Shown piece after piece: positions 35,258 through 43,636 of a stretch of DNA of 43,636 nucleotides. The position numbers were made by a program, and so were the translations under genes. Where the stretch lies: contig JAYZFK010000031.1 of NCBI GenBank assembly GCA_036336835.1, positions 1 to 43,636 of the forward strand. The letters are read 5' to 3'. Position 1 is the first letter of the stretch. Every line of letters starts with the position of its first letter. Source of the stretch: Myxococcota bacterium (GTDB lineage Bacteria; Myxococcota_A; UBA9160; UBA4427). A model generated the notes under the pieces. The model was given only the letters and a program-made list of their open reading frames with translations, did no database searches and was not told the DNA's origin.

Positions 35258-36105
35258 CACTCGGACTCCTCGCGCGACTCGCTGATCCCGCTGGCTTCGA
35301 GGCCGGCTCGTTCGGCCAGCGACAGCGACTGGAGCGTCTCGATCGGCTCGACCTGCGCGATCGCGTAGCCCGCCGCCAGGCCAAAGGCGACCTGGGACGC
35401 GATGAACCAGGGCCAGCTGACGTGCTGCGCCAGCGCCGGGTTCACGCTGCCGAGCGAGAGCCAGATCACCGCCGTCCAGGCCCCGGGCGCGGCCACGCCT
35501 CCCCACAAGAGCGGACGATCGGGCAGCATCGGCAGCAGGGCGGCGTACATCAGGCCCACCAGCAGCGAGAGCCCGGCGTGCATCACCGCGGCCAGGCCCA
35601 ACGCCGTGGCGTCGAACCGTTGCAGCTGCGCCAGATCGGCCTGCTCGAACGAGGGCAACAGCGTGCCGGCCAGCAGATTGATGGGAAGCCAGGGGCTGCC
35701 GTGTGCGATCGCACCGTACACGCACGCCACCCCTGCCATCGCGACCGCGCCCGCTGCACCGCCGCGCAGACCCGCCGAGTACGGGCGCACCTTCAGCGGC
35801 AGACGCAGCCGGTGGCGGTCTCGACCCACCACCAGGTGCTCGACGCTGTCGCGGCGCGGCGCGATGGGGCTTGCACGCTCGCCTTCGGGCTGCAGGGCCA
35901 CCCGCTCCTCGTGCTCGTGCGGCAGCACCTCGCGCCACCAGCCGATCGCGCCAGAGACGGACAGCACCAGACCGACCGCACTGACGAGCGGGTGGGTCAC
36001 CAGCCCGGCGAACAGCAGCGCCAGCCCGAATGCAAAGTAGAGCGGCGCGCTAGTCGGCGCCGGAAGCTCGATGCCGTCGTGCTGAGGTTGCAGGTCGTTG
36101 GTCAT
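35257..36105 (-). CDS. Membrane protein with N-terminal cytochrome c oxidase subunit IV (CtaF)-like region
   Basis: IELPAPTSAPL...GLALLFAG...GWWREV followed by about 4 more TMs; lies between subunit III and the cytochrome c. Confidence 0.65.
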   Translation of the reverse strand: MTNDLQPQHDGIELPAPTSAPLYFAFGLALLFAGLVTHPLVSAVGLVLSVSGAIGWWREVLPHEHEERVALQPEGERASPIAPRRDSVEHLVVGRDRHRLRLPLKVRPYSAGLRGGAAGAVAMAGVACVYGAIAHGSPWLPINLLAGTLLPSFEQADLAQLQRFDATALGLAAVMHAGLSLLVGLMYAALLPMLPDRPLLWGGVAAPGAWTAVIWLSLGSVNPALAQHVSWPWFIASQVAFGLAAGYAIAQVEPIETLQSLSLAERAGLEASGISESREESE

Positions 36106-36120
36106 CGATCAGCCCCCCCG

Positions 36121-36711
36121 CTACACGCCCACCACGTAAACGACGCTCAGGACTGCAAGCCAGACGACGTCCACGAAGTGCCAGTACCACGAGAGCAGAT
36201 CCACGCGCTCGGTGTGCTGGCGGTGCACGTGGCCACGCACCGCCAGCGCCAGTACCCCGATCATCAGCAACAGGCCGATGCAGACGTGGGCCGCGTGGAA
36301 GCCCACCAGCGAGTAGTAGGTGGTCCCGAACAGATTCGTCGAGAGCGTGAGCCCGTGGTCGACGATCAGCCGCTGCCACTCGAGCGCGGTGAGCACCAAG
36401 AAGGCCCCGCCCAGCACGACGGTGGCGAACAGACCGGCGGCAAAGCGCGCGACCCGTTCGCGTGCCAGCTCCCGCACGGCCAAGCCGATCGTGGCGCTGC
36501 TGGCCAGCAGGCAGCCCGTCGCCAGTAGCGGCAGCTCGAGCACGTCTTCCGGATAGGGGCCGTTCAGACTCCTGCCGATGTAGAAGAGATAGGCGACCAG
36601 GAACACGCCAAAGAAGGACGTCTCGGCCAGGATCAGGCTCAGCATCCCGACCTGCCCGCGCGTCCAGTCGCGCGGCGCGGTGTCCTGTGCGCTGACGACG
36701 GCCTGGCTCAT
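36121..36711 (-). CDS. ctaE: Cytochrome c oxidase subunit III
   Basis: LAETSFF, LLASS, EW, FGTTYYSLVGFHAAHV, YWHFVDVVW. ATGA overlap with the subunit I stop. Confidence 0.95.
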   Translation of the reverse strand: MSQAVVSAQDTAPRDWTRGQVGMLSLILAETSFFGVFLVAYLFYIGRSLNGPYPEDVLELPLLATGCLLASSATIGLAVRELARERVARFAAGLFATVVLGGAFLVLTALEWQRLIVDHGLTLSTNLFGTTYYSLVGFHAAHVCIGLLLMIGVLALAVRGHVHRQHTERVDLLSWYWHFVDVVWLAVLSVVYVVGV

Positions 36712-38387
36712 TCGTACTTCCAGTCGGGATCGTCCGGATGCTTCTGGTCCCACAGCGGACGTCGGCTACGCACCTCGGGCCGCTCGGCGAAGTTGTAGGC
36801 GGGCGGCGGCGAACTGGTCGACCACTCGAGCGTCCAGGCGTCCCAGGGATCGTCGCCGGCGGGCACCCGACGCCGGAAGGCCAGCGCGATCGCCGCAATG
36901 AAGCAGACGACGCCCGCCGCCTGGAACACGACCCCGAGCGAGCTGACGAGATTCCAGATCTCCCAGCCGCGATCGGCGGGATAGGTGTAGATGCGCCGCG
37001 GCATCCCGAGCAGCCCCTGCACGTGCATGGTCGTGAACGTCAGGTGGAAGCCGAGCAGGAACAGCCAGAAGTGCCAGCGTCCGAGCGTCTCGCTCAGCAT
37101 CAGGCCGGTCATCTTGGGGAACCAGTAGTAGACGGCGGCAAAGATGGTGAAGAGCAGTCCGCCGATCAGCACGTAGTGAAAGTGAGCGACCACGAAGTAG
37201 GAGTCGCTGAGCTGCCAGTCGAAGGGAACCGAGGCCAGCATGATGCCGGTGAGTCCCGCCAGCAGGAACTGCATCAGGAACGCGCTGCAGAAGAGCATGG
37301 GAACGCGGAAGCGGATCTTGCCGCCGTACAGGGTGGCGATCCAGTTGAACAGCTTGATGCCCGTCGGCACGGCCACCACCATGGTGATGGCGCCGAACCA
37401 GATGTTGAGGCCCTTGCCCATCCCGACCGCGAACATGTGGTGTGCCCAGACCCCGAAGCTGAGGAACCCGATCGCAACGGTGGCGGCCACCATCGCCGCA
37501 TAGCCAAAGATCACCTTGCGTGAGAAGACCGGAATGATCTCCGACACGTAGGCGAAGCCGGGAATCATCAGGATGTAGACCTCCGGATGCCCGAAGAACC
37601 AGAAGAAGTGCTGCCAGAGCACGGCGTCGCCGCCCGCCTGGGTGTCGAAGAAGCGCGCGCCCAGGAAACGGTCGAACAGCAGCATCACCTGGGCGGCGGT
37701 GAGCGGCGGCATCGCGATCAGGATCAGGAACGAGACGACCACCATCATCCACACCAGCAGCGGCATGCGACCGAGCGTCATGCCCTTGCAGCGCATCGTG
37801 AAGGCGGTGGCGATCATATTGATCGCGCCCGACAGCGAGCCGAAGCCGCTGATCAGGATGCCCAGGATCCAGTAGTCGGTCGCGTTACCGCGCGAGAAGG
37901 CCTTGCCGGCCAGCGGCGCGTAGGCGAACCAGCCGACGTCGGGCGCCGAGCCGGCGCCGTAGAGCCCCGTGCTGCCGAAGTAGCTGAAGTAGAGCAGCAG
38001 CCCGCCGAACGCGAACATCCAGAAGCCCCACGCGTTGAGCCGCGGAAACGCCATGTCGCGTGCACCGATCATCAGCGGGATCAAGTAGTTGCCGAAGCCG
38101 GTGATGATCGGCATGCCCACCAGGAAGACCATCGTGGTGCCGTGCATGGTGAACAGCCGGTTGAACGTGTCGGGGGCGAGAGCATCGTTGTCCGGAAAGG
38201 CCAGCTGCCAACGCATGGCCGCAGCCTCGAGCCCCCCGATCAGGAAGAAGACGATGCCCGCGCCGATGTAGAGGAGGCCGAGCTTCTTGTGATCGACGGT
38301 GGCCACCCAATCGTGGAGGGTCTCCGTCCAGCCACGGCTGCGCGCGCGCTCTGCTACGCCGGGGGCGGGTCCGTCGATCGCGGCCAT
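36708..38387 (-). CDS. ctaD: Cytochrome c oxidase subunit I (A1-type)
   Basis: TVDHKKLG, TMHGTTM, DMAFPRLN, WFFGHPEVY, WAHHMF, PTGIK, HFHY, GMPRR. Confidence 0.98.
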   Translation of the reverse strand: MAAIDGPAPGVAERARSRGWTETLHDWVATVDHKKLGLLYIGAGIVFFLIGGLEAAAMRWQLAFPDNDALAPDTFNRLFTMHGTTMVFLVGMPIITGFGNYLIPLMIGARDMAFPRLNAWGFWMFAFGGLLLYFSYFGSTGLYGAGSAPDVGWFAYAPLAGKAFSRGNATDYWILGILISGFGSLSGAINMIATAFTMRCKGMTLGRMPLLVWMMVVVSFLILIAMPPLTAAQVMLLFDRFLGARFFDTQAGGDAVLWQHFFWFFGHPEVYILMIPGFAYVSEIIPVFSRKVIFGYAAMVAATVAIGFLSFGVWAHHMFAVGMGKGLNIWFGAITMVVAVPTGIKLFNWIATLYGGKIRFRVPMLFCSAFLMQFLLAGLTGIMLASVPFDWQLSDSYFVVAHFHYVLIGGLLFTIFAAVYYWFPKMTGLMLSETLGRWHFWLFLLGFHLTFTTMHVQGLLGMPRRIYTYPADRGWEIWNLVSSLGVVFQAAGVVCFIAAIALAFRRRVPAGDDPWDAWTLEWSTSSPPPAYNFAERPEVRSRRPLWDQKHPDDPDWKYE

Positions 38388-38407
38388 GAGCTGCTGCTGC
38401 GCTCCCG

Positions 38408-39430
38408 CTACTCGAGCGACACGAGGTAGTCGGCCACGCGCTCGACCTGTGCCGGTGAGAGCTGCATGGCCGGCATCCGCGCGCCGGGCTTGAGATGGTC
38501 CGGGTGGGCGATCCAGTCGATCAGGTTCGCCCGGTTGTTGAGCGCGACGCCGGAGCCCAGCGTCGCCCGACTCATCAAGTGGGTGAGGTCCGGGCCGAAG
38601 CGGCCGTCGGCGAGGGTGCCGCGCACCTGGTGGCAGTTGATGCAGGCCGTGCGCTCGAACAGGGCCCGCTCGTCCGCGAGCGACGCGTCCGCGACTGCGG
38701 GCCGTTGCTGGCGCTCGACCCAGCGCTCGAACTCGTCGCGCGTCTCCACGACGACGCGCAGCAGCATGTTGGCGTGCTGAGTGCCGCAGTACTCCGCACA
38801 CTGGCCGACGTAGAGACCCGGCTGCGTCGGCTCCATCCACATGTGGTTGGTGCGGTTGGGGACGACGTCCGTCTTGCCGGAGAGCTGGGGAACCCAGAAG
38901 CTGTGGATCACGTCCTGGGACTGCAGGTTCAGGAAGGTCGGCCGCCGCGCCTCCGCCTGGCTCAGCGGGATGTGCAGCTCGTTGGCCGTGGTGATGTCGT
39001 ACTCCGGGTAGTGGAACTCCCACCACCACTGGTGACCGATCGCCGTGACCTCGAGCCAACCTTCGGGGCGCTCGTCCTTCTGCAGCGCCAGGATCGTGCG
39101 GGCCGTCACCAGTCCCAGCACGAAGACGATCAGAATCGGCAGCACCGTCCAGGCCAGCTCGATCTGGTTGCTGGCGTAGACCTGGGGCGGCTCGCGCCCG
39201 TCGTCGTCCGCGCGGGCGCGGAAGCGGACCATCGCAACGACGATGAGTGCGACAACCACCGCGAAGATGGCGCCGCAGATGCCGATCACCAGCGCGGCGT
39301 AGTCTGCGATGGCCTCGGACGGCGCGGAGACCGGCGCGAAGATCGACGGGGTCTGCACGGCACCGGGCTCCGCCGCCCGCGCCGCGATTCCAACGAGCAG
39401 AAGCGCGAGCGCACAGCCGAGACGCGTCAC
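38408..39430 (-). CDS. ctaC: Cytochrome c oxidase subunit II with fused cytochrome c (caa3-type)
   Basis: IELAWTVLP, GHQWWWEF, DVIHSFW, CAEYCGTQHANM (CuA), CINCH, MPAM. Confidence 0.97.
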   Translation of the reverse strand: MTRLGCALALLLVGIAARAAEPGAVQTPSIFAPVSAPSEAIADYAALVIGICGAIFAVVVALIVVAMVRFRARADDDGREPPQVYASNQIELAWTVLPILIVFVLGLVTARTILALQKDERPEGWLEVTAIGHQWWWEFHYPEYDITTANELHIPLSQAEARRPTFLNLQSQDVIHSFWVPQLSGKTDVVPNRTNHMWMEPTQPGLYVGQCAEYCGTQHANMLLRVVVETRDEFERWVERQQRPAVADASLADERALFERTACINCHQVRGTLADGRFGPDLTHLMSRATLGSGVALNNRANLIDWIAHPDHLKPGARMPAMQLSPAQVERVADYLVSLE

Positions 39431-41172
39431 CGGACGTTTGCCCGGAACTCGTCCCGCCAGAGCTTCCAGATGTCGTGGTCACCCCGGAGGCCCATCAGCG
39501 CCTCCTTCACCTTGGAGATGCCGAAGCCCCAGGCCTCTTCGATGTTGATGGTCGGCGGCATGGTCAGCTCACCGGCGCTCACCACGGCGTCGATGATGAA
39601 GGGCAGCGGCGACGCCAGCGCCTGCTCGACGGCGGGCACGATGTCGGCCGCGTGCTCGACCCGCACCCCCTCGCCTCCGCACGCCCGCGCGTAGGCGGCG
39701 AAGTCCGGGTTCACGAGCGCGGTGGCATCGGGGAAGACGGGCAGCCCTCCGACCTCCATCTCCATCTTGACGAAGCCGAGTTCGCTGTTGTTGAAGACGA
39801 TCACCTTGATCGGCCAGTCGAAGCGCACGGCCGTGACGAAGTCGTTCATCGACATGCCAAAGCCGCCGTCGCCGCAGAAGGCCCAGACCTGGCGCTTCGG
39901 GTCGAGCGCCGCGGCGCCGAGTGCGACGGGCAGCCCCGCGCCCAGCGAGCCGTGGTTGAACGAGCCGGCCATGCGGCGCCCGCCGTCCATGCGCACCTGA
40001 CGCGCGACCCACACGGTGCACTCTCCCACGTCGACGGCGAAGAAGGCGTCGGCTGCGGCGCGGTCGCTGATCGCCCGGGCGAAGAGCTGCGGGTGAAGCG
40101 GCTCGTCGGTGCGCGAGAGCGACGCCTGGTCGTCCATCTGAGCCAGCCACTTGTCACGCAGCTTCTCGAGATGGGACAGGAAGTGGCCTGGCGCCGCGGG
40201 CTCGAGGCGCGCATCGAGCGCGGCGACGGTCTGCTTGGCCGTTCCGACCAGTCCGAGCGTGACGGGCGCCCGCCGTCCGATGTGATCGACGCGTTCGTCG
40301 ACCTGGATGATCTCGATGCCGTCCGGGATGAACTCGTCGTAGGGAAAGTCGGTGCCGAGCATCAGCAGCACGTCACAGTCCCAGATCGCGTGATATCCGG
40401 CGGGGTTTCCGATCAGCCCGGTCATGCCCACGACGTTCGCGTCGCCGTAGTCGAAGATGTCCTTCGCACGCAGGGTGTGGACGATCGGCGCGTTCAGCTT
40501 GCTCGCCAGCGAGAGCACCTCGTCCTTGCACTCGCGACAGCCGACGCCGCAGAGCAGCGCCACCCGCTTGCCAGCCGCCAGCCGGGCTGCGGCCTTCTGG
40601 ATCTCCTCGTCGGGAGGCATGATCGTCGAGCGACTGTGCACCAGCGGGTGTTTGAAGTGCTGGCTCGGCACCTTGTCTCCGATCACGTCGGAGGGCAGCT
40701 CGATGCGCACCACGACGCGCTCGCTGAGCGCCTTCTGCACGGCGATCTCGGCCATGCGAGGCATCTGCGCGGGCGAGTTGATCGCCACCTGGTAGTCGCA
40801 GATGTCGTCGAACATCTTGGTGAGGTCGATCTCCTTGTGGAAGTCGCTTCCTCGCTGCCTGCGCGGCACCTGACCGGTAATGGCCACCACCGCGCCGTTC
40901 TCCTTCTTGGCGTTGTAGAGGCCGTTGATCAGGTGCAGGGCGCCCGGCCCGGTGGTGCCGGCGCAAACCCCGATGCCCCCGGTGAGCTCCGACTGCGCGT
41001 AGGCCGCGTAGCCCGCGTGCTCCTCGTGGCGCACGCCGATCCAGCGGAAGCGACCGTCGGTGCGGATGCACTCGAGCAGCGGGTTGAGCGCATCCCCGGT
41101 GACTCCGAAGATGTCGCGCGCGCCGGCCTCCGCGAGGATATCGAGCAGGCTCTGCGAGACGCTTTGCGCCAT
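39427..41172 (-). CDS. poxB: ThDP/FAD-dependent pyruvate:quinone oxidoreductase (pyruvate oxidase)-like enzyme
   Basis: FGVTGDALN, VRHEE, GPGALHLINGLY, VGMTGLIG, LGTDFPY, GSFNHGSLG, GDGGF...FNN, ELGFVKMEM. Confidence 0.88.
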   Translation of the reverse strand: MAQSVSQSLLDILAEAGARDIFGVTGDALNPLLECIRTDGRFRWIGVRHEEHAGYAAYAQSELTGGIGVCAGTTGPGALHLINGLYNAKKENGAVVAITGQVPRRQRGSDFHKEIDLTKMFDDICDYQVAINSPAQMPRMAEIAVQKALSERVVVRIELPSDVIGDKVPSQHFKHPLVHSRSTIMPPDEEIQKAAARLAAGKRVALLCGVGCRECKDEVLSLASKLNAPIVHTLRAKDIFDYGDANVVGMTGLIGNPAGYHAIWDCDVLLMLGTDFPYDEFIPDGIEIIQVDERVDHIGRRAPVTLGLVGTAKQTVAALDARLEPAAPGHFLSHLEKLRDKWLAQMDDQASLSRTDEPLHPQLFARAISDRAAADAFFAVDVGECTVWVARQVRMDGGRRMAGSFNHGSLGAGLPVALGAAALDPKRQVWAFCGDGGFGMSMNDFVTAVRFDWPIKVIVFNNSELGFVKMEMEVGGLPVFPDATALVNPDFAAYARACGGEGVRVEHAADIVPAVEQALASPLPFIIDAVVSAGELTMPPTINIEEAWGFGISKVKEALMGLRGDHDIWKLWRDEFRANVR

Positions 41173-41273
41173 TTCGGGGTTCCCTCCTACCACACAGCGG
41201 GAGTAACTTTACCACCGCGACCGTTCGGCCAGTCACGAAATCGTCGCCGACACCGCGCGCACAGGGAGTGCCC

Positions 41274-42887
41274 ATGGAGCTTCTCCACAGGATCCGCGGC
41301 TACGTAGTGCCGACGCTCATCGGCCTCGCGGTCGCGTTCACCGCTCTCGGGTTGCGGGTCGCGCCCGGGTTCTACTGGGGGCTGATCTTCGTCGGCCCGC
41401 TGCTGATCGTCGCCGCCTACGATCGCATCCAGCAGGGCCACAGCATCCTGCGCAACTACCCGGTGCTCGGCCACCTCCGCTTCCTGCTCGAGGGAGCGGG
41501 CCCCGAGATGCACCAGTACTTCGTCGAGAGCAACACCAGTGGACGGCCCTTCGATCGCGACCACCGCAGCCTGATGTACGAGCGGGCCAAGGACATCGAA
41601 GCGCTCAAGCCCTTCGGCACCGAGCTCGACGTCTATGAGCCGGGCTACGGCTTCATCGGTCACTCGCTGAGCACACGCCCAATGCCGGACGATCCGCCGC
41701 GCTCACTGCGCGTCGACGTCGGCGGCCCGGACTGCCGCCAGCCCTACTCGGCGTCCGTCATCAACATCTCGGCCATGAGCTTCGGTGCGCTCAGCGCGAA
41801 CGCGATCCTGGCGCTCAACACCGCCGCGCAGAGGGGCGGGTTCGCGCACAATACCGGCGAGGGCGGCTTCAGCCGCTATCACCGGGAGCCCGGCGGCGAC
41901 ATCATCTGGCAGGTGGGCACCGGCTACTTCGGCTGCCGCGACGCCGACGGCCGCTTCGACCGCGAGATGTTCGCGGAGCAGGCGAGCCGCGAGCAGGTGA
42001 AGATGGTCGAGCTGAAGCTCTCCCAGGGAGCGAAGCCGGGGCACGGCGGCGTGCTGCCCGGCATCAAGGTAACCCCCGAGATTGCCGAAGCGCGCCGGGT
42101 TCCGGTGGGCGAGGACTGCCTGTCGCCGCCGGGGCACTCGGCGTTTCGCACGCCGATCGAGCTGATGCACTTCATCGCTACGCTGCGCGAGGCAAGCAGC
42201 GGCAAGCCGGTGGGCTTCAAGATCTGCATCGGCAATCCGGGCGAGTTCTTTGCCATCTGCAAGGCGATGCTCGAGACGGGGGTGACGCCCGACTTCATCA
42301 CTGTCGACGGCGCGGAGGGCGGCACGGGCGCAGCCCCCGTGGAGTTCTCGAACCACCTGGGCTTCCCCTTGCGCGAGGGTCTGCTCCTGGTGCACAACGC
42401 GCTGGTCGGCATCGGCGTGCGCGATCGCATCAAGATCGCGGCCAGCGCCAAGCGCTTTGCGAGCTACCAGATCGCCTCGGCCATGGCGCTGGGGGCCAAC
42501 TGGTGCAACATCGCCCGGGGCTTCATGTTCTCGGTGGGCTGCATCCAGTCGCAGAGCTGCCACACGAACCGCTGCCCGGTCGGCGTGGCCACCCAGGACG
42601 CGCGCCTCCAGAAGGCGCTGGTCGTGGCAGACAAGGCCCAGCGAGCGCTCCGATTCCACCAGAACACCGTCAAGGGCCTGGCCGAGATGACCGCAGCCTG
42701 CGGACTCGACCACCCCAACGAGTTCACCCCGAGACACCTCTACGAGCGGGTCAGTCCGCACAAGATCGAGCGATTCGACCGGATCTACCACTTCTTCCCG
42801 CCCGGCGGCCTGACGGCGGGCGAGGTCCCCGAACGGTTCGAGGCCCTGTGGGATGAGGCGCGCGCCGAGCGCTTCGGAAGCGCCTAG
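41274..42887 (+). CDS. FMN-binding glutamate synthase family protein (GltB2/YerD-like)
   Basis: N-terminal TMs, SAMSFGALS, NTGEGG, KLSQGAKPGHGG, DGAEGGTGAAP, [3Fe-4S] motif CIQSQSCHTNRCP; no amidotransferase domain. Confidence 0.92.
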   Translation: MELLHRIRGYVVPTLIGLAVAFTALGLRVAPGFYWGLIFVGPLLIVAAYDRIQQGHSILRNYPVLGHLRFLLEGAGPEMHQYFVESNTSGRPFDRDHRSLMYERAKDIEALKPFGTELDVYEPGYGFIGHSLSTRPMPDDPPRSLRVDVGGPDCRQPYSASVINISAMSFGALSANAILALNTAAQRGGFAHNTGEGGFSRYHREPGGDIIWQVGTGYFGCRDADGRFDREMFAEQASREQVKMVELKLSQGAKPGHGGVLPGIKVTPEIAEARRVPVGEDCLSPPGHSAFRTPIELMHFIATLREASSGKPVGFKICIGNPGEFFAICKAMLETGVTPDFITVDGAEGGTGAAPVEFSNHLGFPLREGLLLVHNALVGIGVRDRIKIAASAKRFASYQIASAMALGANWCNIARGFMFSVGCIQSQSCHTNRCPVGVATQDARLQKALVVADKAQRALRFHQNTVKGLAEMTAACGLDHPNEFTPRHLYERVSPHKIERFDRIYHFFPPGGLTAGEVPERFEALWDEARAERFGSA

Positions 42888-42937
42888 CACCTCGTTCCCG
42901 GAAGCGACCCGCGGCCCGCTGCGGGTATGCTCGTGCC

Positions 42938-43525
42938 GTGCTCGAAAGCCTGATCATCAGCTGGGGCTACCCGCTGATTCTCATCGGCACGGTGCTCGAG
43001 GGCGAAGCCGTCCTGGTGCTCGGTGGCTACGCGGCCCACCGCGGCTATCTGTCGCTTCCCGTCGTGATAGCAGTGGCCTTCGTCGGATCCGTGACCGGAG
43101 ACACGATCTCCTTCTGGATCGGACGCCTGCGAGGGCGAGCCTTCCTCGAGCGGCGCGCTTCGCTGCGACCGCCGATCGAGCGCTTCCGTCGGCTGTTCGA
43201 GAGGCGCGGACAGGGGGTGATCGTGATCTTGCGCTTCCTGTACGGGCTGCGCATGGCGGGGCCCCTCGCGATCGGCATGAGCACGAACATTCCGCCTCTG
43301 CGATTCGTGGTGCTCGACGCGATTGGCGCGTTGCTCTGGGCGCCGATCGTCGGAGGACTCGGCTACGCCCTCGGCGAGGTGGCGCTGCGCGTGATCGGGG
43401 GGATCGAACGGTTCGAAGTGTTCGCTCTCGTCGTCATCGCGAGCCTCGCAGCAATCCGGTGGCTCGTGCGTCGAGAGGCCCGGAACGGCGACAGCGCCGA
43501 GGTGGAGAGCGGCTCGGACGCCTGA
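42938..43525 (+). CDS. DedA family membrane protein
   Basis: GYPLILIGTVLEGE, GD...FWIGR, RFLYGLR, RFVVLDAIGALLW, GYALG. Confidence 0.92.
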   Translation: MLESLIISWGYPLILIGTVLEGEAVLVLGGYAAHRGYLSLPVVIAVAFVGSVTGDTISFWIGRLRGRAFLERRASLRPPIERFRRLFERRGQGVIVILRFLYGLRMAGPLAIGMSTNIPPLRFVVLDAIGALLWAPIVGGLGYALGEVALRVIGGIERFEVFALVVIASLAAIRWLVRREARNGDSAEVESGSDA

Positions 43526-43545
43526 GCTTCCCGCGCGCGAAGGCG

Positions 43546-43636
43546 CCGCGGTGAGGCTGCGAAGCCGCCGCCCCGGTCCGGCGGTGGGGGCCGGCGCGCC
43601 GCTCGGCCCGCGGGTCCGGGGCGGCGGCCACCGCGG
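43546..43636. repeat. GC-rich inverted repeat / long hairpin after dedA
   Basis: GCCGCCGCCCCGG (43564-76) pairs with CCGGGGCGGCGGC (43616-28), and CCGCGGTG (43546-53) pairs with CACCGCGG (43629-36). Truncated by the window edge. Confidence 0.55.

Noticed and set aside
38388..39482. N-terminal extension making subunit I 924 aa
   Set aside because: Arg/Gly-rich off-frame overlap of ctaC; subunit I homology begins at ATG 38387.
1..43636. tRNA, rRNA, integrase or transposase
   Set aside because: No cloverleaf, rRNA-like segment or recombinase/transposase motif recognised by eye; a covariance-model scan was not possible.

Overview
High-GC bacterial chromosome segment, densely coding (about 40 CDSs). 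I saw no rRNA, tRNA, CRISPR array or mobile element. The gene content (IPTL-CTERM-like and choice-of-anchor B proteins, DUF3604, F420-type LLM, menaquinol-type Rieske/cyt b) suggests an uncultured Myxococcota/deltaproteobacterium-like organism; this is inference only. Main blocks: (1) 1-15 kb, mixed accessory genes including a membrane-tethered ECF sigma factor and a BbsEF-like CoA-transferase pair; (2) 15-17 kb, a yeiH / DecR-like Lrp pair next to a collapsed tauD relic; (3) 17-23.4 kb, a minus-strand oxidative catabolic run (VOC, F420-LLM, flavin monooxygenase, CYP130-like P450, DUF3604, Rid); (4) 25.1-26.3 kb, two 'ORFs' that are very probably one AhpD-like selenoprotein (C-F-Y-UGA-T with a SECIS-like hairpin); (5) 27.8 kb, a 5 x 17-bp tandem repeat abutting a chaA relic; (6) 29.3-41.2 kb, a respiratory run in which a PoxB-like ThDP enzyme overlaps a caa3 oxidase plus Rieske/cyt b complex operon, followed by a CtaG-polyferredoxin fusion and interrupted by a small antisense membrane gene; (7) an FMN-glutamate synthase-like gene and a DedA gene. 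Three 'telescoped' gene relics (tauD, SDR, chaA) retain separated conserved patches joined by internal deletions. All family calls come from recalled motifs, not database searches.
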